Of a stretch of 64,000 nucleotides of DNA, positions 1 to 9,022 are shown piece after piece. Each line of letters begins with the position of its first letter. The first letter of the stretch is position 1. This DNA comes from Acidimicrobiia bacterium (GTDB lineage: Bacteria > Actinomycetota > Acidimicrobiia > Spongiisociales > ZC4RG35): positions 179,832-243,831 of the forward strand of contig JANQRA010000002.1 of NCBI GenBank assembly GCA_028284765.1, given 5' to 3'. The notes below the pieces were generated by a model, which was given only the letters and a program-made list of their open reading frames with translations, was not told where the DNA came from and did no database searches. Position numbers and translations under genes: made by a program.

Positions 1-269
1 GCTAGCCGATACTGATAGTGGATGTCCGCGATGATCGGAACCGGGCTTCGAGGGACGATCTCCGCCAAACCTTGCGCTGCTTCGACCTCATTGCATGTGA
101 TGCGAACGATGTCGGCCCCAGCCCCAGCCAGGGCATAAACCTGGGCCAGAGTCCCATCGACATCCGCTGTCTTGGTGGTCGTCATCGACTGCACCGTCAC
201 TGGAGCCCCGCCACCAACCGGGACGCTGCCGACATGGAGTTGCCGAGTCTGTTTGCGATCGAAAGTCAC
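1..269 (-). CDS. ispG: 4-hydroxy-3-methylbut-2-enyl diphosphate synthase IspG/GcpE, N-terminal part (gene runs off window start)
   Basis: Manual minus-strand translation from a GTG at 267-269 gives VTFDRKQTRQLHVGSVPVGGGAPVTVQSMTTTKTADVDGTLAQVYALAGAGADIVRITCNEVEAAQGLAEIVPRSPVPIIADIHYQYRL. This matches the IspG N-terminus and its conserved position after rseP/dxr. It is not in the ORF track because no stop lies within the window. Confidence 0.75.
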   Translation of the reverse strand, partial: MTFDRKQTRQLHVGSVPVGGGAPVTVQSMTTTKTADVDGTLAQVYALAGAGADIVRITCNEVEAAQGLAEIVPRSPVPIIADIHYQYRL

Positions 270-308
270 GGCCCCACGGTAGATGCGAGCGGGGCACTTA
301 GTTGCAAA

Positions 309-782
309 CTACTTGGACGACTGCCACTCCTTCTTGGCTGCAGCCTTGTTCGACTTCGCCTCGTTGACTGACGCCTTGTACGTTGAGTTCGCGTCCTTCT
401 TGGCCTGGTTGAAGTTCTCTTTGGCCTCTTTGTTGGCAGCCTTCTTCTCGGCCTTGGGAAGCGCCGAGTTCTGCTTCTTGGCCGAGTCGTAGTCAGCTTT
501 GGCAGCTTCCAGCTCGGCGGACTTGGTTGCCTTTGCCTCCTCGATAGCCTTGGTGTACTCGTCCTTTGCGAGTTCCCATTTCTCGTCGGGAGTGAGCTCA
601 GGCTCGGTTTCGGTCTGGGTTGTCGTGCCATCGAATCCCGCGGCGACCTCGTCGAAAGTGTCGCTGGTGGACTCACCGAAGGTTGACACTGCAGCCAACG
701 ATGTCAGTGCAATAACCATCACCAACAGAGCGTATTCGACGAGACCCGTGCCACGATCATCGTTTGCGATGATCAATCTCAT
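309..782 (-). CDS. Flp/Fap-type prepilin (class III signal peptide) with a long Lys/Ala/Glu-rich low-complexity C-terminal extension
   Basis: N-terminus MRLIIANDDRG|TGLVEYALLVMVIALTSLAAV carries the G/XXXXEY TadV-cleavage motif followed by a hydrophobic helix. The C-terminal roughly 110 aa are a KA/E-rich repeat region. Confidence 0.6.
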   Translation of the reverse strand: MRLIIANDDRGTGLVEYALLVMVIALTSLAAVSTFGESTSDTFDEVAAGFDGTTTQTETEPELTPDEKWELAKDEYTKAIEEAKATKSAELEAAKADYDSAKKQNSALPKAEKKAANKEAKENFNQAKKDANSTYKASVNEAKSNKAAAKKEWQSSK

Positions 783-844
783 GTTTCGTTTATCGGCGGG
801 TCGAACTGGCGCCCGTATAGGCCCAGCGACTCGATTCGCTAGAC

Positions 845-1933
845 CTATCCGAGGGATATCGGATTGACAATGTCGAGAATGATCGCCACGAAACCCAGGA
901 AAAACAGCGTGCCGATGACAGCCGCCGCCACCGGCATCAGTTTCTTCATGTTGGCCTGTCGTCCCGTCAACTTCTCGTACAGGGCGACTGCGAAGTGCCC
1001 ACCGTCGAGCGGGAATAGTGGGAGGAGATTGATGGTCGCCAGCACGACGTTGATGAAGGCGAGAATGGCGAGGAACCCAGCGGCGCTCTGCGCTTGAGAT
1101 CCGATTGAGACTATGCCAATCGGACTCACCGGACGGATCTCATCTTCCACCTCGGTGTCGCCAACCAAGACACCCAGGTATTGGGCGAGACTCGAAGGCC
1201 GGAACATTGTGTAGAGCGACTGGAAAGTGCTCTCGATGCCGTTCCAGACCTCACCGCCGGCCCGGCCAGCTGCACTGATCACCCCGTAATCAACGGTTTG
1301 CGCTTGTGGGGCAAAGCCGATGTAACCCCGACCAGGGATGTTGGGATTCTCATCGAGGTCGGTCGCGAGTGTGATCTCCTCACCTGCACGCAGAACCACG
1401 ACATCTGTTGGCCCGGGCCCCACAGAGTCCAAAGCCTCTCCGGTGTCTTCCCAGGTCTCGATGGGGATCCCACCTATGGAGAGGATGATGTCGTTCTCCT
1501 GCAAGCCGGCCTCGGACGCAGGCGACTCGTCGACTACTTGGGCAACAACCGGAACAGCCTCGTTTGCACCGTTGAAGAAAAAGATCCCCCAAAACATCAG
1601 GAACGCAATCAGGAAGTTCATCCCCACACCCGCAAGGACGACAACCGACTTCTCCCAGAACTTCTTCTCGCGGTAGGTCCGGCCCAGGTCTTCTGGTGGG
1701 ACGTCTTCGAGAGGGTTCATCCCGATGATTCGCACGTACCCGCCGAGTGGGAGGGCCTTGATGCCGTATTCGGTTTCGCCCCGCTGCGTCGACCAGATGC
1801 GGGGACCGAAGCCGAAGAAGAATTCCGTGGCTTTCATTCCGGTGGCCTTGGCAGCGAAGAAGTGACCGGCCTCGTGGGCGGTCACGAACAACAGGATGGC
1901 CACAGCTGCGGCGATACCCCCTAGCACCCGCAA
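845..1933 (-). CDS. rseP: RIP zinc metalloprotease RseP / site-2 protease with a PDZ domain
   Basis: HEAGHFFAAK zinc motif near the N-terminus, a PDZ-like middle region and the C-terminal LDGG motif. Sits in the conserved dxr-rseP-ispG arrangement. Confidence 0.9.
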   Translation of the reverse strand: MRVLGGIAAAVAILLFVTAHEAGHFFAAKATGMKATEFFFGFGPRIWSTQRGETEYGIKALPLGGYVRIIGMNPLEDVPPEDLGRTYREKKFWEKSVVVLAGVGMNFLIAFLMFWGIFFFNGANEAVPVVAQVVDESPASEAGLQENDIILSIGGIPIETWEDTGEALDSVGPGPTDVVVLRAGEEITLATDLDENPNIPGRGYIGFAPQAQTVDYGVISAAGRAGGEVWNGIESTFQSLYTMFRPSSLAQYLGVLVGDTEVEDEIRPVSPIGIVSIGSQAQSAAGFLAILAFINVVLATINLLPLFPLDGGHFAVALYEKLTGRQANMKKLMPVAAAVIGTLFFLGFVAIILDIVNPISLG

Positions 1934-1957
1934 ATGCTACCCCTGAGGGTGTGGCTA

Positions 1958-3103
1958 CTAACAGACTCCCGGGATGAGGCTTGCAGCCACGGCACGGGCT
2001 TCTCTATCGACCTCGACCACGTCTTCCACGCTTTCCAACTCTCGCCACTCAACGGTTTGGATGCAGCGTTCCACCACGTCGCTGATGCCGAGAAAGCCCA
2101 GCCGACCCTGCAGGAAAGCCTCCACTGCCATCTCGTCGGCAGCGTTCATGACTGCTGGCGCTGAGCCCCCATTGCGTCCTGCTTCGTAAGCGATTCTGAC
2201 AGCCGGGAAGGCTTCATGATCCACTTCCTCGAACGTCAACTGACGCCCAGCTAAGTCGAACGGTGACGTGACACCCTCTGCACGATTCGGCCACGTGATG
2301 GCGAACTGAATCGGCACTCTCATGTCCGGAAAACCCAAGTGCCCTTTCCACGCACCGTCGAGGAATTCGACAGCCGAGTGGAGTATCGACTGCGGGTGGA
2401 CAACGACGTCGATTCGGTCGTAGTCGACATCGAACAAGTAGTGAGCCTCGACAATCTCGAGGCCTTTGTTGAACATCGTCGCCGAATCGACGGTGATTCT
2501 GGGCCCCATTTTCCACGTCGGGTGATTCAAGGCTTCTTCGCGGGTAACTGACGCCAGCTCTTCGCGTTTCCTGCCTCGGAACGGGCCCCCTGAAGCGGTG
2601 AGTATCAGCCGACGAACATCATCGGGGCGCTCGGCGCTGAGACACTGAAAGAGAGCGGAGTGCTCACTATCGACCGGGATCAATTCACCCTTGCCACCGT
2701 CGAGGATGCTTCTGACTACCGGCCCACCAGCGACCAACGACTCTTTGTTGGCTAGGGCTACTCGATTGCCCGCCTCGAGACCAGCCACCGTTGCCCTCAG
2801 CCCGGCAGCACCAACAACGCCATTAATGACGATTGACTCCGGTGTCGCAGCCATTTCCAACAAGGCTTCTGGACCGAAGTCGACTTTGTTGGGCACAGTT
2901 GCCGAAAACGCCTCTCGCTCATCTGAGGCACCACCGACAACAACTATCTTGGCTTCAGGGAATCGAGACGCCAGCTCGGCCATTCGTGGCGACGGACTAC
3001 GAGCGGCGAGTGCTGTAATCGGTAGCTCGAGTGCCTCCGCGACTTCGAGTGTCTGAGTTCCGATCGACCCGGTTGCCCCGAGGACAACCAGCTGCTGGGT
3101 CAC
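1958..3103 (-). CDS. dxr: 1-deoxy-D-xylulose 5-phosphate reductoisomerase
   Basis: The C-terminal 381 aa of the 620-aa ORF (VTQQLVVLGATGSIGTQTL...NHPTWKMGPRITVDSATMFNKGLEIVEAH...) is a typical Dxr. A GTG start at 3103 overlaps the cdsA stop (GTGA). The upstream 239 aa of the track ORF are read-through in another frame of cdsA. Confidence 0.9.
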   Translation of the reverse strand: MTQQLVVLGATGSIGTQTLEVAEALELPITALAARSPSPRMAELASRFPEAKIVVVGGASDEREAFSATVPNKVDFGPEALLEMAATPESIVINGVVGAAGLRATVAGLEAGNRVALANKESLVAGGPVVRSILDGGKGELIPVDSEHSALFQCLSAERPDDVRRLILTASGGPFRGRKREELASVTREEALNHPTWKMGPRITVDSATMFNKGLEIVEAHYLFDVDYDRIDVVVHPQSILHSAVEFLDGAWKGHLGFPDMRVPIQFAITWPNRAEGVTSPFDLAGRQLTFEEVDHEAFPAVRIAYEAGRNGGSAPAVMNAADEMAVEAFLQGRLGFLGISDVVERCIQTVEWRELESVEDVVEVDREARAVAASLIPGVC

Positions 3104-4308
3104 AGCAGACCGAAACCGCGGAAGAGGACGTAAATGACGGGGACAGCAAAGAGAAATCCGTCGATCCGGTCCAGCATCCCGCCATGACCGGGCAGAACAG
3201 CTCCCATGTCCTTGACCCCGATCGCCCTCTTGACCATCGACTCGGCGAGGTCGCCTATGGGCGCCACCACGCCGACAACTCCTGCCGTGATCAGTGCTTG
3301 AGTCATCGTGATCGACTCCCAGGGAGGGAAGACCACCATCACCGCGGCAGCGACTAGCGCAGCGGCGACACCACCCAGCCAGCCTTCGACGGTCTTCTTG
3401 GGCGAGACCACGGGTGCCAGCGGTCGGCGACCCACGCTTCGACCAACGAAGTACCCACCGATGTCGTTGATCGCAATCACGATGACGATGAAGAAGATGT
3501 GGGCAACCGGGTTGGGCCCGGCAGCGATCAATAGCGCAAACGACAACATCCCGACCCACGCCATGCCCAGGATGGTCGTTGAGGTGTTCCCGAGGGCGTT
3601 GCGTCGCGGCGTCAGGGAGTAGAACAGAATCGTCGCACCCGCGGCTGCCGCCCCCCAACCTGCGATGGCCATGGCGCCGTCGGTTTGGGCCCCCACTCCC
3701 ATCATGATCACGCCCAGAAGCCCGAACAGCGCAAGCGGCTTGTATCCAACAGTCCTCAACGTGGCGTAGAACTCGCCGACGGACACAACCATCACGAGGA
3801 TGACAAAGACCGCGAACCACCAGCCTCCCAGCAGAAGCGAGCCGAGGAACAGCCCGAAGATGACGAGGGCCGACCCCACGCGGAGGGTGAGATCAGACGC
3901 TGCTGCCTGCTCGACGGCTTCGTAAGACTCCTCAGACTGAGATTCGGTCCCCGAGACATCCTCGAAACCAACCAGACCCGACTCGACCCCGGGGAGGGAG
4001 GCGGCTACAGCCTGAAGCTCCCACTCTTCTGTGGAAGCCTTCTCGACCTCTTCCGCAAGACCCTGATACTCCTGCGTGGTGCCTTTCACATACTCCTGTG
4101 ACGTGAAGTCCTCGATGTTCGAGTTTCCCTCGGCCATCGCTTCCCAGTCAGGTGTGGAGTCGTCGGCGTTCTCGTCATCCACCGACTCGGCGTCGTCGTC
4201 AGATTCGTCCGTGCTGACGAAGTCGTTTTCGGTGCCGTCATCGACCTCGATCGCCGGTTCGTCGCCTTGGTCGAAAGGGAGCTCGTCTTTGGTGGTCTCG
4301 TCAGACAC
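3100..4308 (-). CDS. cdsA: Phosphatidate cytidylyltransferase (CDP-diglyceride synthase) with a roughly 130-aa acidic N-terminal extension
   Basis: The multi-TM C-terminal domain (…GDLAESMVKRAIGVKDMGAVLPGHGGMLDRIDGFLFAVP…) carries the CdsA signature. The N-terminus is D/E-rich and disordered-looking. Confidence 0.9.
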   Translation of the reverse strand: MSDETTKDELPFDQGDEPAIEVDDGTENDFVSTDESDDDAESVDDENADDSTPDWEAMAEGNSNIEDFTSQEYVKGTTQEYQGLAEEVEKASTEEWELQAVAASLPGVESGLVGFEDVSGTESQSEESYEAVEQAAASDLTLRVGSALVIFGLFLGSLLLGGWWFAVFVILVMVVSVGEFYATLRTVGYKPLALFGLLGVIMMGVGAQTDGAMAIAGWGAAAAGATILFYSLTPRRNALGNTSTTILGMAWVGMLSFALLIAAGPNPVAHIFFIVIVIAINDIGGYFVGRSVGRRPLAPVVSPKKTVEGWLGGVAAALVAAAVMVVFPPWESITMTQALITAGVVGVVAPIGDLAESMVKRAIGVKDMGAVLPGHGGMLDRIDGFLFAVPVIYVLFRGFGLL

Positions 4309-4860
4309 TCAGACCTCGAGCAACTCTTCTTCTTTGTTACCAAGGATTTCGTCGATCCTGGCCACAAACCGATCAGTCAGTTTCTGCAGCTCGTCTTCAC
4401 CGCGGTGAATGTCGTCGTCGGAAATCTCTCCGTGGAGTGCCTCCATGTCGGACTTGCTGTGCCTACGAACATTGCGGACCGACACACGCCCCTCCTCAGC
4501 CATGTGCCGAACAACTCGGATCAGTTCCTGGCGGCGCTCTTCAGTAAGCGGTGGGAAAGCAATCCTGACGACCGAGCCGTCGTTGGTGGGGTTCAGGCCA
4601 AGGTCGGCCTGCTGGATGGCGCGTTCGATGTCGGAGACTGTGGACTTGTCGAAGGGTTGAACCACGAGTAGCCGCGGTTCGGGCACCGCTATCGACGCAA
4701 GCTGTTGGAGTGGTGTCGGAGATCCGTAGTACTCCACCTGAATTCGATGCAGTAGCTGTGGGTTGGCACGGCCAGTGCGGACAGTCGAAAACTCCGAACC
4801 TACGTGTTCGACAGCCAACTCCATCTTGTGCTCAGCCTCAGTCAAGAGGTCACTGATCAT
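4309..4860 (-). CDS. frr: Ribosome recycling factor
   Basis: 183 aa, full-length RRF-like sequence (…LTEERRQELIRVVRHMAEEGRVSVRNVRR…). Conserved pyrH-frr-cdsA order. Confidence 0.93.
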   Translation of the reverse strand: MISDLLTEAEHKMELAVEHVGSEFSTVRTGRANPQLLHRIQVEYYGSPTPLQQLASIAVPEPRLLVVQPFDKSTVSDIERAIQQADLGLNPTNDGSVVRIAFPPLTEERRQELIRVVRHMAEEGRVSVRNVRRHSKSDMEALHGEISDDDIHRGEDELQKLTDRFVARIDEILGNKEEELLEV

Positions 4861-4869
4861 CGGATCCTC

Positions 4870-5586
4870 CTAGTGGACGACAGTACCGATGCGGTCTCCC
4901 TGAACGGCCTTGATGATGTTCCCAGGGACGTTCATGTCGAAGACGTGAATGGGCACCTTGTGCTCTTTGCACATCGTAACTGCGGTGGTGTCCATGACTT
5001 GGAGTTCCTGATTTATGAACTCCATGTATGACAGCTCGCCGATTTTGGAAGCATCGTCGTTCTCTGCAGGGTCGGCGTCATAGATCCCGTCGACCTTCGA
5101 GGCCTTGAGCAAGGAATCGGCACCGATCTCGATCGCTCGCAATGCGGCAGTCGTGTCTGTTGTGAAGAACGGATTGCCAGTTCCGGCAGCAAAGATCACT
5201 ACCCGACCCTTCTCGAGGTGCCGGATGGCTCGGAGCCTGATGTACGGCTCCGCCAACTCCTGCATCGTGATTGCACTCTGGACCCGGGTGTGCACTCCCG
5301 AATTCTCGAGAGCGTCCCGAAGCGCGAGGGCATTGATCACAGTGGCGAGCATTCCCATGTAATCGGCGTTTGCCGGGTCCATGCCCTGGGCAGCCTGAGA
5401 CACGCCGCGGAAAATGTTGCCGCCACCCACGACAACCGCGACCTCGACTCCGGACTCGTGCGCCTCGGCCACCTCCTCGGCGACCCTTTGCACAGTCCTG
5501 GGATCGATCCCGTACCCGATTTCCGGGTCGGCAAAGGCTTCCCCGGACAGCTTCAGGAGGACTCGCCTGTTGGTCTTCTCTTTCAA
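4870..5586 (-). CDS. pyrH: UMP kinase
   Basis: 238 aa with KLSGEA…[11 protein letters not shown]…[14 protein letters not shown] motifs. Confidence 0.93.
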   Translation of the reverse strand: MKEKTNRRVLLKLSGEAFADPEIGYGIDPRTVQRVAEEVAEAHESGVEVAVVVGGGNIFRGVSQAAQGMDPANADYMGMLATVINALALRDALENSGVHTRVQSAITMQELAEPYIRLRAIRHLEKGRVVIFAAGTGNPFFTTDTTAALRAIEIGADSLLKASKVDGIYDADPAENDDASKIGELSYMEFINQELQVMDTTAVTMCKEHKVPIHVFDMNVPGNIIKAVQGDRIGTVVH

Positions 5587-5595
5587 ATGCCTCTC

Positions 5596-6204
5596 CTAGG
5601 CGCCGACGGCGACTCTCGCTACCCGACGCACCGAGATGTTCTCACCCATCTTCGACGCAAGGGCACCGACCATATCGCCGACGGTGCCGTCGTACCGCTC
5701 GGAATTCACGAACTGCTGGTCATAGAGGACGTTCTCTGCGTACCAGGACTCGATCTTGCCCTCGACGATTCGCTCGATCACGTTCTCGGGCTTGCCTTCG
5801 GCGGCAGCCTGACGAGCGATCAGCTCTTTCTCCTTGGCCAAAGCCTCACCGTCGACCTCGTCACGGGTGACCCACTCCGGGCTCGCCCAGCTGACGTGCA
5901 TCGCAATGTCGTCGGCGGTCTGCCGGAACTCATCACTCTTGGCGACGAAGTCCGTCTCACACGACAGCTCGACCAACACGCCGAGGACGGGACGGTCATT
6001 CTGGACGTGGATGTAGTTGCCGATGGTGCCTTCACTGGCATCCCGATCCGCGCGCTTGGCCATCTTCGCTTGACCGCGCTCACGCAACAGCTCAAACGCC
6101 TTGTCTATGTCGCCGTCGGCATCCGTGAGCGCCTTCTTGGCGTCCATCATCCCGACACCGGCGTCCTGGCGGAGTTTTTGAATGTCTTTGGCGGTGATTG
6201 TCAT
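5596..6204 (-). CDS. tsf: Elongation factor Ts (short form)
   Basis: N-terminus MTITAKDIQKLRQDAGVGMMDAKKALTDADGDIDKAFELLRERG is the UBA-like EF-Ts signature. Follows rpsB. Confidence 0.92.
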   Translation of the reverse strand: MTITAKDIQKLRQDAGVGMMDAKKALTDADGDIDKAFELLRERGQAKMAKRADRDASEGTIGNYIHVQNDRPVLGVLVELSCETDFVAKSDEFRQTADDIAMHVSWASPEWVTRDEVDGEALAKEKELIARQAAAEGKPENVIERIVEGKIESWYAENVLYDQQFVNSERYDGTVGDMVGALASKMGENISVRRVARVAVGA

Positions 6205-6926
6205 TTGGCTTTCGCCTCTTCGGTCTTCGGCTTCTTCTTCTTGGCGATCTCCTTGCCTTCGATGATCGAGTCGGCAAGGGCCGACGCGATGAGATCGGCG
6301 GCGCGAATCGCATCGTCGTTGCCGGGGATCACGTGGTCGATCGGATCGGGGTCGGAGTTGGTGTCGACAAGGGCGATCACCGGGATCTTCAACCGATCTG
6401 CCTCTTTGACAGCCGTCGCTTCAGTGTTCACGTCCACGATGAAGACCGCATCAGGCAACTTGGCCATGTTGGCAACCCCGCCGAGGTTCTGCTCGAGCTT
6501 TTCCAGCTCGCGGCGCAGCTTGAGACGTTCCTTCTTTGGGAGGTTGTTCATCTCATCGGTGTCTTCGAGACGGCGAAGCTCCTTCATGTAGAAGACACGC
6601 TTCTGGATCGTCTGGAAGTTGGTCAGCATGCCGCCCAGCCACCTGTAATTGACATAGGGCGAGCCCGACCTGGTAGCCGCGTCAGCGACTGCGCTCTGCG
6701 CCTGCTTCTTGGTGCCGACAAACAACACCGAGCCACCGTTGGCGGCGATGTTCTTGACGAACTCGAGCGCATCCGCAACCTGAGTGACCGTCTGGCGGAG
6801 ATCCACGATGTGAATCCCGTTTCTCTCCCCGTAGATATACGGGCGCATCTTGGGGTCCCAACGTCGGGTCTGATGACCGAAATGGACGCCGGCTTCCAAG
6901 AGCTGTTTCATTGTGACTTCAGCCAC
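6201..6926 (-). CDS. rpsB: 30S ribosomal protein S2
   Basis: 241 aa, MAEVTMKQLLEAGVHFGHQTRRWDPKMRPYIYGERNGIHIVDL. An AAAGGAG RBS lies upstream on the minus strand. Confidence 0.95.
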   Translation of the reverse strand: MAEVTMKQLLEAGVHFGHQTRRWDPKMRPYIYGERNGIHIVDLRQTVTQVADALEFVKNIAANGGSVLFVGTKKQAQSAVADAATRSGSPYVNYRWLGGMLTNFQTIQKRVFYMKELRRLEDTDEMNNLPKKERLKLRRELEKLEQNLGGVANMAKLPDAVFIVDVNTEATAVKEADRLKIPVIALVDTNSDPDPIDHVIPGNDDAIRAADLIASALADSIIEGKEIAKKKKPKTEEAKAK

Positions 6927-7000
6927 AATTGCTCCTTTCTGGTTGTTCCTCCGCCCGCTGGGTCTGACCCCCGCCAGGAAAACCTGCGGCCCTCTTCAAA

Positions 7001-7020
7001 TGTGTCTCGTGAGAGACACA
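7001..7020 (-). promoter_or_regulatory. Perfect 8-bp-stem / 4-nt-loop hairpin (TGTGTCTC GTGA GAGACACA) in the rpsB 5' leader, about 75-95 nt upstream of the start codon
   Basis: Inverted repeat read directly from the sequence. Located in the 197-bp divergent rpsB/queG intergenic region. Confidence 0.3.
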
Positions 7021-7122
7021 CCACCTTCGAGGGGTTGTTCGGGCGTGCGTAGTGCCACGGATTGTAAAGGCCACCCGTAGCCTTGGTAAATCGACAGTCT
7101 CACAACTTCGCGTCTTCGGACG

Positions 7123-8187
7123 GTGGCCGAGTCCCACGGGATGGTCGGCTTTGGCGTGACGGATGCCGCCAGATTCGCCGAGGCGCGGGACACTCTTTTC
7201 ACCAATCGTGACTCCGGGATGGCCGGGCCCCTCCGTTTCACTTATGGCGACCCGGAGACAGCGACCGATGTGAAGGCGACATACCCGTGGGCCAAATCCC
7301 TGGTCGTCGTAGCCCATTCCTACCTACGAGAGACCGAATCGCCGGCTGACCGCGCACCACAAGTAGGTCGGTTTGCGACGGCGGACCACTATCGCCCCTT
7401 GCGAGAGGCGACCGCGGCGGTTGCTGCCGAGCTGATAGAGCAGGGGTTTCGAGCCGAGGTCCTCATCGACGACAACCGACTGGTCGATCGTGCGGTTGCG
7501 ATACGGGCCGGCGTTGGCTGGCTGGGGCTGAGCACGATGGTGCTAGTCCCTGGCCACGGGCCGTGGACGTTGCTGGGCACGGTCGCCACCGACGCCCCTC
7601 TTGACACCACCCCACCCATGGAGAGGACGTGTGGCACCTGCACCGAGTGCATTCCGGCCTGCCCCACAGGGGCCATAACCGCCAGAGGCGTCGACGCCAG
7701 ACGATGCATATCGGCTTGGCTCCAGGCACCCGGCCACCTCCCCCATTGGATACGACCCCATGTCGGGACACGCATCTATGGATGCGACGACTGTCTCACG
7801 TCGTGCCCGCCAGGCCATCCCCCGATGAACAAGGTGAAGGTCAGCCCCTCGCACCTCGAGTTCGCTGAGCTGCTGGGGAGCGAGGACCCCGAACTCAGAG
7901 AGCGTTTTGCCTGGTGGTACATCCCCAACCGCGATCCCAGGTTCCTCCGGCGCAACGTCGTGGTGGCGGCCGGAAACTCCGGCAGCCTGAGCCTGAGCGA
8001 AGCCATTGAGAGCCAATTCGAGCATCGCAGCTCACTGGTCAGAGGGCACGCATACTGGGCCTACGCCCGACTCCTCGGCGTCGAGGCATGGCATCGGCTG
8101 GAAGTGGCCTACAGGAGAGAGCGATTCCCCGACGCGGCGTCAGAGCTGGAAAGGGCATTCCTCATGTTGCGACGGCCGACCGTGTGA
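7123..8187 (+). CDS. queG: Epoxyqueuosine reductase QueG (4Fe-4S, tRNA queuosine biosynthesis)
   Basis: 354 aa with CGTCTECIPACPTGAI and CDDCLTSCPPG ferredoxin-like cysteine clusters and a C-terminal HEAT-like region, as typical for QueG. Confidence 0.8.
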   Translation: MAESHGMVGFGVTDAARFAEARDTLFTNRDSGMAGPLRFTYGDPETATDVKATYPWAKSLVVVAHSYLRETESPADRAPQVGRFATADHYRPLREATAAVAAELIEQGFRAEVLIDDNRLVDRAVAIRAGVGWLGLSTMVLVPGHGPWTLLGTVATDAPLDTTPPMERTCGTCTECIPACPTGAITARGVDARRCISAWLQAPGHLPHWIRPHVGTRIYGCDDCLTSCPPGHPPMNKVKVSPSHLEFAELLGSEDPELRERFAWWYIPNRDPRFLRRNVVVAAGNSGSLSLSEAIESQFEHRSSLVRGHAYWAYARLLGVEAWHRLEVAYRRERFPDAASELERAFLMLRRPTV

Positions 8188-9022
8188 GCTCCGCAACCTC
8201 CAAGAACCGCGAGGTCTGATCGACAGGATCTGCTTCTGGCCAAAAGATGAAGCCATCAAGCTGATAGTCGCGATGGAGCATCGACAATTGGTCCACCCAT
8301 TGCTCGACGGGTCCCCGGTAATCCCCTTCGGAAGCCGTTGAAGTGATCATTCCTTGCACGTTGGCCACGCGACGTATCGACCTCGGATCACGTCCAGCCT
8401 CGGTAGCCGCGCGATCAATCATCTGGTTCTTCTCGGCTAGCACTTTCAAAGGCATCGTCGAGATCGAAGGCACCCAGCCATCCGCTTTCTCACCGAGCAT
8501 TCGAAGGGCTCTTGGCCCATAGACCCCGAGCCAGACACCGGTGTTTCGAACCGGAGCAGGGCCAGGTTTGACTCCTGCCAACTGGTACTGGCTCCCTCGG
8601 TAGCGCACCGATCTCTCATCACTCCACATCAGTTGGATTACGTCGAGTGCCTCAGACAACGCAGAGAGGGCCTCACCGGGAGAAAGCCGTTGCCCTCCCA
8701 TGGCTTCGATCGCCTCCCAGAATGACCCGGCGCCGAGCCCCAGTTGGAACCGGCCGTCACTCAGCACATCGATGGTGGCCGCCTGTTTGGCGAGCACAGC
8801 GGGACTTCGCAGCGGCAAGGAGGCGACATCGGTGAACACGGTGACCCTCGAAGTTCGAGCTGTCATCCAGCTGACCAAGGCCATAGTCTCCATGTACCTG
8901 CGCTGATAGGGATGGTCCTGAACCCCTATTAGATCCAGCCCCTCATCAGCGATCCTGACCTGCTCCATGATGACCTCGCGGTCGGCCGTGTTGGGCACCG
9001 GAAACACTCCGAACTCGATCAT
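8162..9022 (-). CDS. LLM-class (luciferase-like) flavin/F420-dependent oxidoreductase
   Basis: 286 aa with a TIM-barrel LLM pattern (…RFQLGLGAGS…). Convergent with queG, overlapping it by 26 nt. Confidence 0.7.
   Translation of the reverse strand: MIEFGVFPVPNTADREVIMEQVRIADEGLDLIGVQDHPYQRRYMETMALVSWMTARTSRVTVFTDVASLPLRSPAVLAKQAATIDVLSDGRFQLGLGAGSFWEAIEAMGGQRLSPGEALSALSEALDVIQLMWSDERSVRYRGSQYQLAGVKPGPAPVRNTGVWLGVYGPRALRMLGEKADGWVPSISTMPLKVLAEKNQMIDRAATEAGRDPRSIRRVANVQGMITSTASEGDYRGPVEQWVDQLSMLHRDYQLDGFIFWPEADPVDQTSRFLEVAELTRSAVAT

Noticed and set aside
3103-3820. N-terminal 239 aa of the 620-aa track ORF 1958..3820, an apparent N-terminal extension of dxr
   Set aside because: It is an out-of-frame read-through across the cdsA 3' region (Arg/His/Gly-rich). 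A genuine Dxr begins at the GTG at 3103, overlapping the cdsA stop.
5218-6591. 457-aa ORF on the plus strand spanning pyrH, tsf and rpsB
   Set aside because: It is antisense to three highly conserved genes. Its Arg/Pro/Leu/Gly-rich composition is typical of wrong-frame reading in high-GC DNA. No domain is recognisable.
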